Shown here in pieces: positions 25,476 to 39,230 of a DNA stretch of 64,000 nt; the first letter of the stretch is position 1; every line of letters begins with the position of its first letter. The notes below the pieces were generated by a model. That model was given only the letters and a program-made list of their open reading frames with translations. It was not told the origin of the DNA and did not search any database. The position numbers and the translations under genes were made by a program. The DNA is from Rhynchobatus australiae (taxonomy: Eukaryota), in contig JAUZTB010000027.1 of the NCBI GenBank assembly GCA_034780895.1, positions 30,497,293-30,561,292 on the forward strand, written 5' to 3'.

Positions 25476-27504
25476 CACTGGTGTTAAATCAGTAGAGCCT
25501 TTTGAGGGAACACGGTAGAAGAAGTAACAAATCTGGATACTGCCTACAAGGGATAACACTTCCAAATAGAGCTGGTGGATTTTCACTGAACAAATTAAAT
25601 TGTGATAAATAGGCTGTTGAAGAGGCAACTCACACTGAGGAACATTTTCATTGAGATTTTCCCTCCCTAATAGAAGTGTGGTCCTCAACAGATCTGGAGG
25701 TTAAGTTAATGGAACTGTGAAGTCAACACTCCTGACCTCACTAATACCAAAGATTTTAATTCTCAGTGATGTTCACCTCCAGAGAAACTTAAAAATAAGA
25801 AGTACTGCAGGTATTTAATGTAATTGATAAAGGATGTGATGTCCAGAGGAGAAAATCCCAACCATTCCTCTTGGGACTAGTCAAATAGGATTGAGTTTCC
25901 TCTCATTCCTTTCGATATTCAAACATCACCAAGACCTCAGGAACTTTATGTGTACATGTTTGTCTCTGTGTGTTGTGTGGGGATGAGGGGATGAAAGAAG
26001 CAGGATTGCTTGATTCTAGGCAAAAACAAACCTATGATCACATCCTAAGTTTCTCTTTAAAGTCCTCCTGCACTGCACCCACAGAGACTGGTGATGTCTA
26101 AGGTCCAGGTTCCAGTCCGGCAAAATGCTTTTTTTTAAACATTTGGTGGCTCCTACCTGGCTGGAATTTTAACACTGTCCAGCAGAGAACTCTCCAAATG
26201 ATTTGCTAATGCATGCCCAGAGCTCTTTCACAACTGTTAGAAATGTTAATACTTCATAGCATTAGGAGGAGAGTCCCAGCTCTTTCAATGTTTGAAAGGT
26301 CAGGCAAGTTTTAAAAAAATGCTCAGAAATCCAAGGCAAACTGTGATCCAAGCCTGACATCTTATGTGATGTACATTTAGTTCAGTGTCAAACTGAAGTG
26401 TTTAGACTCCTGCCTCCAGAGAGCTTCACTTTACTTCATCATGACATCAGTCAAATTGCGCCTTGACTCCAGACTTGCACAGCACGTCAGCACTGAGTGG
26501 AATTACTCCTTTTGAACACTAATCTAACCTTGGAATTTTCACTTGGTCTTGGGCCACTATATTGGTTGATTAGGTAAGGGAAAAAACAACCGTGACAATT
26601 CTCATATCCATTTGTAAAGGCTAAAATAGAATACCTTGACTNNNNNNNNNNNNNNNNNNNNNNNNNNNNNNNNNNNNNNNNNNNNNNNNNNNNNNNNNNN
26701 NNNNNNNNNNNNNNNNNNNNNNNNNNNNNNNNNNNNNNNNNNNNNNNNNNNNNNNNNNNNNNNNNNNNNNNNNNNNNNNNNNNNNNNNNNNNNNNNNNNN
26801 NNNNNNNNNNNNNNNNNNNNNNNNNNNNNNNNNNNNNNNNNNNNNNNNNNNNNNNNNNNNNNNNNNNNNNNNNNNNNNNNNNNNNNNNNNNNNNNNNNNN
26901 NNNNNNNNNNNNNNNNNNNNNNNNNNNNNNNNNNNNNNNNNNNNNNNNNNNNNNNNNNNNNNNNNNNNNNNNNNNNNNNNNNNNNNNNNNNNNNNNNNNN
27001 NNNNNNNNNNNNNNNNNNNNNNNNNNNNNNNNNNNNNNNNNNNNNNNNNNNNNNNNNNNNNNNNNNNNNNNNNNNNNNNNNNNNNNNNNNNNNNNNNNNN
27101 NNNNNNNNNNNNNNNNNNNNNNNNNNNNNNNNNNNNNNNNNNNNNNNNNNNNNNNNNNNNNNNNNNNNNNNNNNNNNNNNNNNNNNNNNNNNNNNNNNNN
27201 NNNNNNNNNNNNNNNNNNNNNNNNNNNNNNNNNNNNNNNNNNNNNNNNNNNNNNNNNNNNNNNNNNNNNNNNNNNNNNNNNNNNNNNNNNNNNNNNNNNN
27301 NNNNNNNNNNNNNNNNNNNNNNNNNNNNNNNNNNNNNNNNNNNNNNNNNNNNNNNNNNNNNNNNNNNNNNNNNNNNNNNNNNNNNNNNNNNNNNNNNNNN
27401 NNNNNNNNNNNNNNNNNNNNNNNNNNNNNNNNNNNNNNNNNNNNNNNNNNNNNNNNNNNNNNNNNNNNNNNNNNNNNNNNNNNNNNNNNNNNNNNNNNNN
27501 NNNN

Positions 27505-27805
27505 TCAAAAGCCTCCATATCCTTCCAGAACTGCACAATATGGCCATATCAAAGTTTTATACAATTGTCACGTGATCTCCTGACTTTTATACTCAGTACC
27601 CTGACCAATGAGGGCAAGCATGCTGTTTGTCTTCTTTCCCAACTTATCTAATTATGTTGCCATTTTTAGAGAGCAGTGGACTTGCACCCCAAGGTCCCTT
27701 TGTACATCAATGCTCTTAAGGCTCCTGCTATTTACTGTATACTTTCCTCTTGCATTTGACCTCCCAAAATGCAACAGCTCACACTTGTCCAAATTAAACT
27801 CCAAT
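27505..27805 (-). mobile_element. CR1 LINE ORF2 fragment running into the gap 26642-27504
   Basis: Minus strand EFNLDKCELLHFGRSN...QRDLGVQVHCSLK...GTEYKS...QLYKTL. Confidence 0.9.
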
Positions 27806-28534
27806 TAAGTAATTACATTAAAAACTTCCTCTCTCGGGCTTGTGTCCTGAATAAGAGTAAAATTTGGAGTCTTCCAAATACTGGAGATCAATAGCCATCA
27901 TGCTGCTCCTTGGCCTATAGATAGGACATTGCAGGTGCAAAATGAAGGTTGCCCCTCTGACAAATGGATAAAAAGATGTTGCATACAATATTTCAGAACT
28001 AATCAAAAATGTGTAAATTCAGACTACTGTGAAAGATCCCTAAATGAACAGCATACAGTTATTAGTCCCAGTACGTAAACTGCCAACTTACTGTGAAATC
28101 CAACATATAGATCACAATGTATGTTTGAGTGGCTTTGCCAAAGCTGAGGGAGGGGAGCAAAGAGAAAANNNNNNNNNNAGCACACCATTCCTTCTATTTC
28201 AGGTTCACATGGAAAAAGGAAGAATACAAATCATACCACAATGTCAGAATGTTTTCAATGCAATAGATGTACTGAATTATCACTGAATTACACAACACCC
28301 CTTATAAATTACCTTTGGGAGATGAAACATAAAAATAGTAATAAAGACTGGATTATGTGGGAGTAGGTAAAGTTACCTCACTCAGCAACTCTATAAAGTG
28401 GACAGGGCAGAAAGGAAGAAAGGGAAACGTGTACATTTGATATTTACTTACATTATTATAGTAGAAAAATACATTTTCCCAGCACCACTACTTAACCTCA
28501 GCACTGACTGACATCTATGTACTAAATGTCGGTT

Positions 28535-28800
28535 CCATTTAATAGTAGCACTTTCATCTCAATAGGTCATGGGTTCAAGCCTCAGCATAAGGCTTGAACA
28601 CTTTGACATGGTCTGGACTGGCATTTCAGTGCAATTCTAAATAAGGGCAGGATTGTTGAAGGAGCCATGGTCCCTTTCAATTCTTCATGGTCACATCGAA
28701 CGATCCAAATAAGGGCAAGAAAATCTGCTGTTCTCTGACAGCAAAAAGACCAAGATAAAACAAATTAATTATTTACTTTGATTATTTTTATGGATCCATG
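28535..28800 (+). mobile_element. DeuSINE-like fragment
   Basis: 'gtagcact...ggtcatgggttcaagcc...cttgaacac...ttcagtgca' matches the head of the same family. Confidence 0.5.
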
Positions 28801-29194
28801 CTATTCATAAAAAGGATCCTATTTTTACCTTAATTATATTGATTAGTTTTATATAAAGTAATTCAGTGCTCTGAGGATCGCCTGAGAACATAGGGTGCTT
28901 ATGTAAATCCAAGCTCCTTCTTTGCCTGCTCTTACTGAGATTATTGTTGATTCTTGGCAGGACCTGTGATAAAACACAATATGGCAGTGAAGAATCAGGA
29001 CAGACAAAAACCTGCCAAGGGCAAGCCAGAATGGACAAATTGTCAAACAAGCAGAGCATATCACCAATATGTATCACGGAACAATCCTTTCACTTGTTGC
29101 AGGAAGCATTGTGGCAGTAGTCGAGATTGCAAACATACAAACACATCATGTGGAGTTGAACTTTAAGGAATATATCACACAAGTGAAAAGAGTC

Positions 29195-29761
29195 AAGGAT
29201 GTTGGAAAACTGAAATAAAAACAGAAACTGCTGGAAATACTTAGCAAGCAGACAACATCTGTGGAGAGAGAAACAGTGTCACCATTTCAGGTCAATGACC
29301 TTTCATCAAACCTGGGATTAAGTTAGAGATAAATAGTTTTAAATTGCAGAGAAAGGGATAGGGGAGGAGGTGGGGATGTAAAGGAGAGAACAAACTGCCA
29401 AGTCCTTGATAGGATGGAAAGCGAAACAGATTGAACAACCAAAAAGGATGATGGTACAATGTAACAAAAATGCATAGCCATTATCAAAAAATTACTGAAG
29501 GAATTTACAAAGGATATTGTAAATCTGGAATAAAACTATTGGAAAGCACACCATCTGAAACTGCTGAACTGCACATTAAGTACCTCATCTGAAAATGAGG
29601 TGTTGTTCTTCAAGCTTTTGTTGAAAGACTATAGGAGGCCAAGGACAGAAAGATGGGAGTTTAAGTGACACAGAATTAAAGTGACAGGCAACGGGAAGCT
29701 TGTGGTCATGCTAGCAGATTGAACAGAGGTGTTATGCAAAGCTGTCACCCAATCTGCATTT
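29195..29761 (-). mobile_element. Penelope-like element 3' part: GIY-YIG C-terminus and terminal repeat
   Basis: Minus strand KCRLGDSFA*HLCSIC...LPVACHFNS...VLGLL...KLEEQHLIF, then a pyrimidine-rich UTR and a hammerhead-like motif at 29281-29309. Confidence 0.85.
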
Positions 29762-32700
29762 NNNNNNNNNNNNNNNNNNNNNTACATGCCCACAGAAATC
29801 AAGAAACATCTACTTAGATCCCTACTATTACAACTTTAAACCAAATGCTAAGACCACCTGGTGACTGCTTTATTTCCGATTTTGCCCTTCTGCAGAAAAT
29901 TGCTCATGTCCCACACAATTTTACAGAAAATGCAAGGAATTCAGCAAGGCAACACATTGCAAACGTGTGATACCACTCTATGGCATCAAGTGTTTATGCT
30001 CCAATGTACCTCTTCTTTTAAAACTAAAGAAGTTTAATAGGCTAACAGTAAAATATTTTCCTCAGGATAACTATCACATACAATTAAAAAGGGAGCTACT
30101 TTATTGATTACAGAACACTTCTATTTTTATTTAAGCATTTGAGTTCAATTACAAACTCTAGTTTTGAAGATTCTGTTGTAATATATGGATTGTAGAAGTA
30201 TCCTAAACTGTATTACAATTCATGTCAATACAGCTTAGGATACTTCTACAATCCTTATCTCTAAATACCTATCAAGTAATTAAAGTAATTGTACAAGGCC
30301 TGTTTACAAAGTGTGCAGCAGAACCATCATGGAGGCTATGGAAATCCTNNNNNNNNNNNNGTTGGAAATTTCTAACAATTAAGATAAATATTGACCATTA
30401 TTTCAGTCCATAATAATGTTGTATGAAAGCAAGAATTCCACTGCTAAAAATATTTAAAATGTCTGTGAGAAAAGTAATTTATTATCTGAAGTTTAGACTG
30501 TATTTCTTAGTAACCCTGACATGTCAGAGGTTTGAAGTGCAAAGAATTTCAAATCCATTAAGCCTAAATAAAAGTACCACAAATAAACTGTTCATCACCT
30601 TTGTATTCCTTTATCTGAATGTTGCTACATGATACTTTGAGGAAATACAAAATCACTTATCCTTCTTAAGTAAATTAAGTGCTTTTTAAATGTACGCTAT
30701 GAGTTAAACTTCTGTAACCATGTACTTGAATTATAGGTGGTAAAGCAATATATCTGTTAAGTTTGTATGTTAGGTTCTGCTTCCAAATAATTATGAGCAA
30801 TTTTGTTGCATGTTATTCTCCATAATTAATAGCTCAGTATGAAGTTTGTTTAATATCATAATTTTAACCACAGGGTTGGAAGGTAGTCCTTTCCATTCAG
30901 TGCAACTTTAACACAATCCCACAACACATACAGTAGAAGGAAGAAGCAGCAGGACTTTAGGATATGAGACATTTTCTATAGTAATAAAAAGTATGTGCAA
31001 GATTTATATTGCTAGAGCAAAAATTAAGTTATATGTGAGCTCAGTCTCAACAGTAAAAGTAACAGAAACTTAATACACTGTCAGAAAATGTTTTCTGACA
31101 AAATCCTTGCAGATGTGCTGTAATGCCCATAGCTCATTCTGTTTTTAGTGCTGCACTCCAGCAGGCTCAGTTCTGATCCATTTTCTTTCTCTTAGGAAGA
31201 CACTCTGCCGCAACCAGACATTTATCATTAGTCTCTGGTATAATTTTGCTCTGATTTTTCCACTTGCATTAAAAAAAGTAATTTTTGTTTTAATTACCCT
31301 CTTCAGTAGAATGTTGATGAAGTAACGGGGTCCCGCGCTTTGGGGGCCTTACCTCATTCCTGTGCTTTAATGAGTATAATCCTTAAGGAGCTTTAAAACA
31401 ACCAATGCTGGGCTCAGGCCTGCAGCTGCCAAATACATTATACACACTGACAAAAGGCACGAGTTTGATAACCGTTACCAGAATCCATCTTTGTCAGATA
31501 CATAAAAAAATGACTTAACTCTTTTACTTCGAAGAATTTCAGGAATTTCCAACATTTTCATTGGAAATGGAGGGGCTGATTTACAACAGTTTCATAGTGA
31601 AGGGTTAAAGAAATACTAAGAAAACCAAACAACAACCAGGAAAAAACCTCTGATCCCCAAGACAGGGTATATAGTACCATCTGCACATTTTTTATTTGAG
31701 TAATTATCAGATAATTAAGTGCATGATTTGTGAGAGAGCCAAAGCATACCATTAAAATATTTAATGCTTGTAGTTCTGAGACTGAAAACTACATTAGCTC
31801 ACGTGCAATCAACATTCTATCCAAAAAAGGCATTTCATGTTGAAAAATCAAGAGTTTTAAGACAGTGATGTTAAGGAAGTGCAGAACAACTGAATTAATA
31901 GAAACATACAGTGCAAGATTTTCATGGAGCAACTGGAAAGGTTGCAGTCAACTCAGTAATTGAAGTAACTTTTCAATCTACATTTTAATTTCATTTAGAT
32001 ATTTAAAAGTTAAATTGTCTTTTCAAAAAACATAATTACATCAAAGGAAAAGAGCGGTTAGAAAGTGCTTTGCATTTGTCCTCTTAAAAAAATACTAGCA
32101 TGTGCTTATTTGGCCAACCAGGAATGACAATGCCTTATACTGTATCTTTAAAACGTAACAATAAAAATGTAACCTTACCGCTCCAGCTTCTACAATATGC
32201 TCTGCTTCTCTGTAGCTAATACTTTGCTTGAAAGTTTTAAACTTCTTTTCCAGTGCATTGCAGAGCTAATCAATTACTCAAGTACTAACAGAGGCCTAAG
32301 TCCCACCCAATGCGCAATGGAAATGATGTGAGGCTTGTAATCGGACCTTTAACTAACATCTCCTGCTCTGCCAAAACAAGGCCTACAAACACATGTACAC
32401 AATTACGTATCAAGAGAACAAAGAGCCAAGAAATCTGTACTTTAAGCTGTATAATTTTACAAAATGTACTTGCAGAAATCCCACTGTTCAGAGAAATCTT
32501 ACGATATATGAAACTCAGTGGTTCTCTTTGTAAAGCANNNNNNNNNNNNNNNNNNNCATTCGTGCATATTTAATTTAATCTGCACTGGAACTGCAGGAGA
32601 TTTAGACTGCAACCAATTTTAATAAAAGCTTATGAATAAACAAGCATCAAAATTTACAGAAGAGACGAAATAATACTTAAATATATCAACTGTTAAAAAT

Positions 32701-33494
32701 TAGGGTGAAATTGGATAAATAGGGTGTGGTTATTTTTCTCAACCTGTACCTTTCTATTTTCTGAGTCATATATAACATTCCACATGTGGAATATGCCTTT
32801 CACTGTAACTTCTTTGTCGGTGTCTAATATTCCAGTAGGTGATGCTGCATTTAGCTAATTTCAATGTTATGTGTGTTACATTGTACAATGGCTGCTGTTT
32901 CATAATACATTTATTACCCTGTGATTCCACAAATGAGGCACTGAGCTCTCTTAAAGAAATTTATGGCGACTTCTTCTCATTCAACTTTTCCCACCTCACC
33001 TCAATACCTCATATGTCTATTGCCTCCAAATAAATGGTTTAATCAAGATAATATGCTTAAATTTTTAAGTACTTTATCTTTTCTGCCTCTTAATGGCTTC
33101 TGTAAATATTTCTTGTTTCAAAAATGGATTGTGACTTGATATAACATTATTTAGTTCAGGTGCACTGGTCTTAACCAATTCAGCTGCTATGCTCCCAGTT
33201 TTCTGACTCCAGATTCAGGTAAATATGTTGAAAGACTAATCTTCTTTGGAGCAATACTTTAAGGAAATTCTGATAGGTTGTATGTAGGGCAGCTTTCCCT
33301 TAAGGCAACGATTGCTGGGTGCCTCAGGCTAAACCAGACTTGAAGAAGGAGTTATAGTTCTGCAGTGCAATTTTTTGGTATTTACCAATGTGGAGGAAAA
33401 TGAATTTCTGGCCAAAAATGATGAATGTCTATTTCACACCCTCAGAGTTGAAGGCTAAGGAAGTTGGTTTGCACCTGAAAATAGGTACAGCATG

Positions 33495-33565
33495 ATAATC
33501 AAGATCAGCACAACATCGTGGGCTGAATGGCGTATCCATTGCTGTACTGTTCCATGTTGTTCTAA
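33495..33565 (+). mobile_element. CR1 3' tail fragment
   Basis: 'agcacaacatcgtgggctgaatggcgtatccattgctgtactgttccatgtt'. Confidence 0.6.
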
Positions 33566-35962
33566 CCATTGTATATATTTATACTGCAGTAAGGACTCTG
33601 CCACATCTTCCACTAGATCAACTTTTAACTTGTATAAAAACTGACTCGATGTATTTTTTATGCATTTTTAACTGGAAAGTACTAATTTAAATGTTCTATG
33701 AATGCATTTGTGTAATCAGATCAAATCCTATTTAGAAGGTGGTGCAAAGGACTTAGATATACTTTTTGTACATTTTATTTTATTTCAGTGCTATCATCAC
33801 TGTCCTTCTCATTAGGGCAATTTTGACCTTGCACACATTCCTCATTGGGTTTGGCTTCTTGGTGAGTAGATGCTTCAGATTCAACATTAGTTGCCATTTA
33901 TCAGTGGATCCCACCTCATCTAGAATAGCGTACAGAACCATCTCACCATTTCCTTATTTTGCTATTAATTCACTTTACTAGATCAGGAAACATAATAAAA
34001 ATCATTACATCTATTCATTTTCTTATTTTAGTCTCTGTCTACGTATATTTAACACCATTTCAATGCCCCAAAAAACATAAGTGCTATAGCAAGCAAAAAG
34101 AATCATGTCAATGCAACAAAAATATTGTAGTCCTCATTTCTTTTTGCACTTTGTAGTAAGAATAAAAAGGGCATTAACTAACAATTTCCTACTCGACAAT
34201 GACCAAAAGCATTATTCTGCATTTCACTGGGGAAATATTGCTGGTTGGAGCCAATAGTTCCAATTGGGTTAACCAATTTTCAGCTGTTGAACCTTCAGAA
34301 AATCTTGGACTTCCATGCATGTGTTGCTGAGTGCAGAAATCCAGGAGTTATTGAGTGGCAGGTGGTGTCACAGCTGTCGCTAAGCTCCAGCAGCAGGGCC
34401 TACTTTTACTAGGGAAATGCCTCTCCAGTCCTACACTGGGTAGTGCCTATGATCAGAGACCCCTTTGCTTCATTGGGGATTCCAGGTCTGCTGATAGGAA
34501 AGCAATGAAGGCGGCAATTTATTTTTATTTTACGTTAGTTAAATGTCTTAGCATACCATGTTTTTAATTATTTCAAAGTGTTTGTATATTTTAATTAACT
34601 TTTATAATAATAAATTTATTTTACTTCAATTTTATTAACTTTTAAAAGTCTCTCAATGTTGGAGGCTATGTAAATGGTTCACAATCTTTGCCTTTCATGA
34701 GTGGTTTCCAAGGGTAGTCTCTCTGCACCCAGCCACCTGAGATCATCCCTCTGATCTAGGCCAGGTAAGTGTGGCGGGCAGGTTCCACAGGTGATAATTC
34801 TTGGTTCCGTAGGATTCCAACCAACAACTGTTTTACTTCTCCTTGGATCCCCGGAATCATTGGGAGAATGACCTCAAAGAATTCAAAAGGCACTGTGAAT
34901 ATCAACCATTATCAGTCTTTTGCTGGAAAGGTCTCCTTGCAAGACCTGACTAAAACTGGGGAAATTTTAAGTAAATACTTGTTTATATTAATTTATTAAA
35001 CTTTGATGTATAGCAGCAAACAAACAGTATTCTAGAAAGAGACAGACAAACAGATAGAAGGAAAACACGGATCATGTATGGAGTTTTGTAGAATCATCAT
35101 ATGGTATGAAAAGTATCATCTCTTAAGAGAATGCACCCCTAGTGATTTCCCCACTGGATCACCTACCTATGCATACTGAGGTGATAAATAAAGAATTTTA
35201 GGAATAACAGCTGCTGTTATTATTAAACAGATAGTTCTGGCAGAGACCCACCACTGCATGTAGTGTCAGCTGATGTAATCATAACTGGTCTAAGGACCAA
35301 TGCATCATTTTTCCACAAACCAACACTGGTAGCAGCAAAAGAAAGCAAGCTTCCAGTCTCTAACCAATTCATCTCTTTAATGGCTTTTGCTTGTTTGCCA
35401 CTTTCTTTCTCTTTTTAACCATCACTGCCTATAGACTTCCAACCTTTTTCTTGGTTTCCCTGAACAGTCATCTGACAAAAAGAACTGTCAAAAAGCAGCA
35501 TCTTGTAAATTCTTTGCACAAACTCCTGCCCCAGGGTTTGCAGATCATGAATTCACTTAAGTTTTGTGTTGAGCTTCAATCACATATATGAAAATGTAAA
35601 TGATAAGATAAGAAAGAAAATCATGATGAATTCAATAGAAACTCAACTGTCACACTGCCATAATGGCATATTTAATAATATCACAGTAAACTAACACTGT
35701 TCTATTTGATGAAACAGTTTCCCTCCTTTCATTCACTAACCATTGCTTTACAATTCTGTTATGTCTTTGTTAATAATTGCACAGTGTCAATCATAGGACA
35801 GTCCTCATGTAAAAATAATTTATAACGTATGTTCCACAGACAACTGAAGTACCATAAAATTCATTATATTATTGACAGATAATTAGACTTTATTTCATTT
35901 GAGAACATGTTGAATAGAGAACAGCTGAAGTAATTTCTTTCTATGCACTTTGCACTGATAAC

Positions 35963-36014
35963 ATGTATTCAAAATATTCCTGACTCCAATGTATTCAAAA
36001 TATTCCTGACTCCA
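35963..36014. repeat. Perfect 26-bp tandem duplication
   Basis: atgtattcaaaatattcctgactcca at 35963-35988 and again at 35989-36014. Confidence 0.95.
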
Positions 36015-37774
36015 GCTTACTTTCCACCTATTTCGTAGTTTACAATCTTAAAATAACTACTCATTTTCTGTTAAAAATTATGCACAGATTAATTTACTAG
36101 AAACTTATCGAAATTGCTCATTTAGAACACATACTGTTTTCATTTTCATTAGACTGTTACTAATAACTGAGTATTATTTTGTGCAAAATAATTCAATGAG
36201 CATGAATTAGCAGACTCTATTCAGATCCCATATTTTCCACTTTGCAACATCCAAACGACTGAGCTAGTTAGCAAGACTCCACAGTAGGAGGTAAAGTACT
36301 TGCATGGTAAGTGGATATGACAAAACTAAAATTATGTTTTTTCTTATTTTCCTCTATGCCACTTTAATGAAATCCAAAAGCTATCTCTACACTAATTCAG
36401 GATTCATTATGCATTGAATATTTCTGTATTCCTGGCTAATATTGGTTGAGGCAGAGTTGTTTTATTTTATTCCATTCTAAAGTATACTGTTGAAGTGCAC
36501 TAGAATGTTTGAACTAGTAATGCCTGAGGTAAAAGTAATTAATGGTCACATACTGGAAGACTAACCACTAGATTCCAAAGGGGGAGGAGGAAAAAAAGAA
36601 TTAACAGGGGGCTTTGTTTATAAAGCAACTGTCGGTCCTTAGCCTCCAGCTGTTTTCAAATGAAACCCCAAGCTATACGGGTATGTACAAAAACCCATTG
36701 CCTCAAATTTCATAGCATTGAGTTCCAGCACTCTGCCTTCACACTATGCAGGTCATATATGGAATCTATGGTAAGTTCTTGGGGAATGAGCAGACTTTAT
36801 GTTCATAACAACTTCATCTTGAAAACCTCTTAAATTTCCCTTGTTTCTCTATTTAGTCAATTCATGGCACAGTCTGTTACTTCATCAGCTACTGCCCCCA
36901 ACGCCCTCACAACAGCTGTGGGCTTAATTATCAAAATAGCAGTTTAATAGTCTCATAACTGAACTCACTTCACAACACACTAATGGAGATGCTACACAGA
37001 TTTCTTTTACACCTTTCCCCAAATTTACTAATAAGATATGCATAAGTAGAGCTATCTGTATAATTACTATTTACTAATAAAAGCATCCTCCCCCACCGCC
37101 ATTAATTCCATGTATACTGTTTTTATTCAAAAGACTATCAGATCCACGTACATTTAAATGGTCAAGGTTCCTACGCACGAAATCTCAGTAGGTACTGCAT
37201 TATCAGAGTATCATTAGAAAAGTCTAATGTATTTGTTTCTTTATTAGTTAAGACAATGTCAATAACTCTTTCATGGCCAGACCTCCTCTCTCAAGAATGA
37301 AGTGCGGGGAGAAAAAAGAGCTTTATTTCTCCAAGATGTTTCATGACTTTCAAATTTTAATGCAAATACATTCATGCATCTATTTCAGCCTTGGATTTAC
37401 AGTGATGTTAGTCTGAAAATGGCTAGAATCACTGACATAAATAGAACCTATAACTCTTAATGTCAACTTTATAAATATATTCCTTTTGCACATTGTTATG
37501 TCTTAGTAACCATCTAATGGGGACTGTATTCTATGTCTCAAAATACACTGATTTCTAACTCAAAGAAAATATGTCTATATTTAAAATCATGACATTAGAA
37601 TTTTGAGAATCAAAACCCCATACTGATCTTTCAGAAATTTTGAAATAAATTTTAGTTCCTCTAATTTCAGTAGTGCAGTGTTTAGTAACCATTTTTAAAT
37701 GGCATTGTGTTTGGCAGATCAGGATTTATTGTTTCAGAAGGACAACTGTATTAAATCATTCTTTACACAATAGA

Positions 37775-37968
37775 ACTGTTGTAACATTTGTTGAAAAGGA
37801 TCCATATTGTTCTCAAGGTGTCCAAAAGCATTTTATAACCATTGTATTATCTTTTGAAATTGTAGAAAGAAATATAAAATAAACAATTTGCACATTGCAA
37901 TATCTAACAAATAGCAAATAAATGAATAACTGCATGTTTTATTTGAAGGAGGAATATTGGCCAGGTTA
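37775..37968 (-). mobile_element. DeuSINE 3' half
   Basis: Minus strand 'cctggccaatattcctcc...tgctatttgttagatattgcaatgtgcaaattg...tgcttttggacaccttgag'. Confidence 0.6.
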
Positions 37969-38744
37969 CAACAATGCAGCCGTTATGGAGCAAGATTAAC
38001 AATACATTGCTCAAGAATTCACATTATAACATGATGAAGCTACTGACAATCTTTTATGGGTTTTTGTAGAAATGTAGCATTTTCTATTGATATGAAACTA
38101 TGTAGAATTCTCTTTTATCTAAATATTGCACATTTTCTCAAATAGTTTTGAAAAGTGAGAATTTTCCAAAAGTCACATTGAAAATTCTTTGTATTAAATG
38201 GGAGGTGCAAAATTGCAGTGTAATTATGACTATTTTAAACAGTAATTCTGGTCATGAAACTTAATTTTCTTGCTAATGTTCATGAACATGAAGTCAATAT
38301 TTAAAAAAGCAATGCAACTGTTCAATAAAATTACATTCTTCAAAATGAAGTGCTATTCAAACTATAACTGACACTTCAGAATCAGACTGTCATCACTTTT
38401 CTTGCATTAAACAGGTAATTATTTAATTATTACTTTAGACCATGTAACTTAAGTACAAAATTCAGCACAGGAATGTACAATTCCCTTGTGCAAGTTTACA
38501 CAAGAAGAAAATATTAGCTAGAATTTTCCACTTGTTCATAGCTGTGCTACAAGGAATGTATGGGGCAAGAGATGGGGGAACTGATGATCACCATGGCAGA
38601 AACTCTTACTCCTCCCCCCTTCTCACCAATTAACTTTACATTTCTGAATAAGGATTTTTCAATCATTTTTAGAAATAGCAGTCATTGCAAATGTTATACC
38701 AATAATAAAAGAAATAAGAACTCAGCAACTACTGGCCAGCTAGC

Positions 38745-39230
38745 CATATGCTGAGGAAAAGTTTAAAGACAATGTTACTGGACAAAATTAACTGGCACTT
38801 GGAAAAGTATGCGGTGATGAATGAGATCTAGCTTGGACTTATTGAAGCCAATTGACGTTTAACTTGATTATGTTCCGTGATAAGTAACATTAGGAAGTTC
38901 AGTTGATATTGTGTGTTTTTGACTATTAAAATTAGTTTTACGATGTACCACATGGATTTATGAGCAAACTTATAGTCTATGGGGAAAAAAACAATGCCAG
39001 AGAGATAGGAAATTATCTGAGGCTAAAAACAATAGAAGGCATAGATGACTGGTAAATGTCTATTTTTCAGATAGAAGAACACAGTGGTGTGTTTTTAAAG
39101 ATCAGTATTAGAAATGCTTAGATGGACTAGTGAAATGGGCAGTCATATCATCATGGAATTGAACCCAGTGAAATGATCCCTTTTGTTAGGAAGAATGAGG
39201 AAAGACCAAGGAAGGGATTGGTTTGAAAAT
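38745..39230 (+). mobile_element. Highly decayed CR1 reverse-transcriptase fragment
   Basis: DKINWHLEKY...VDIVCF...DVPH, collinear with the CR1 at 10500-10720. Confidence 0.65.
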
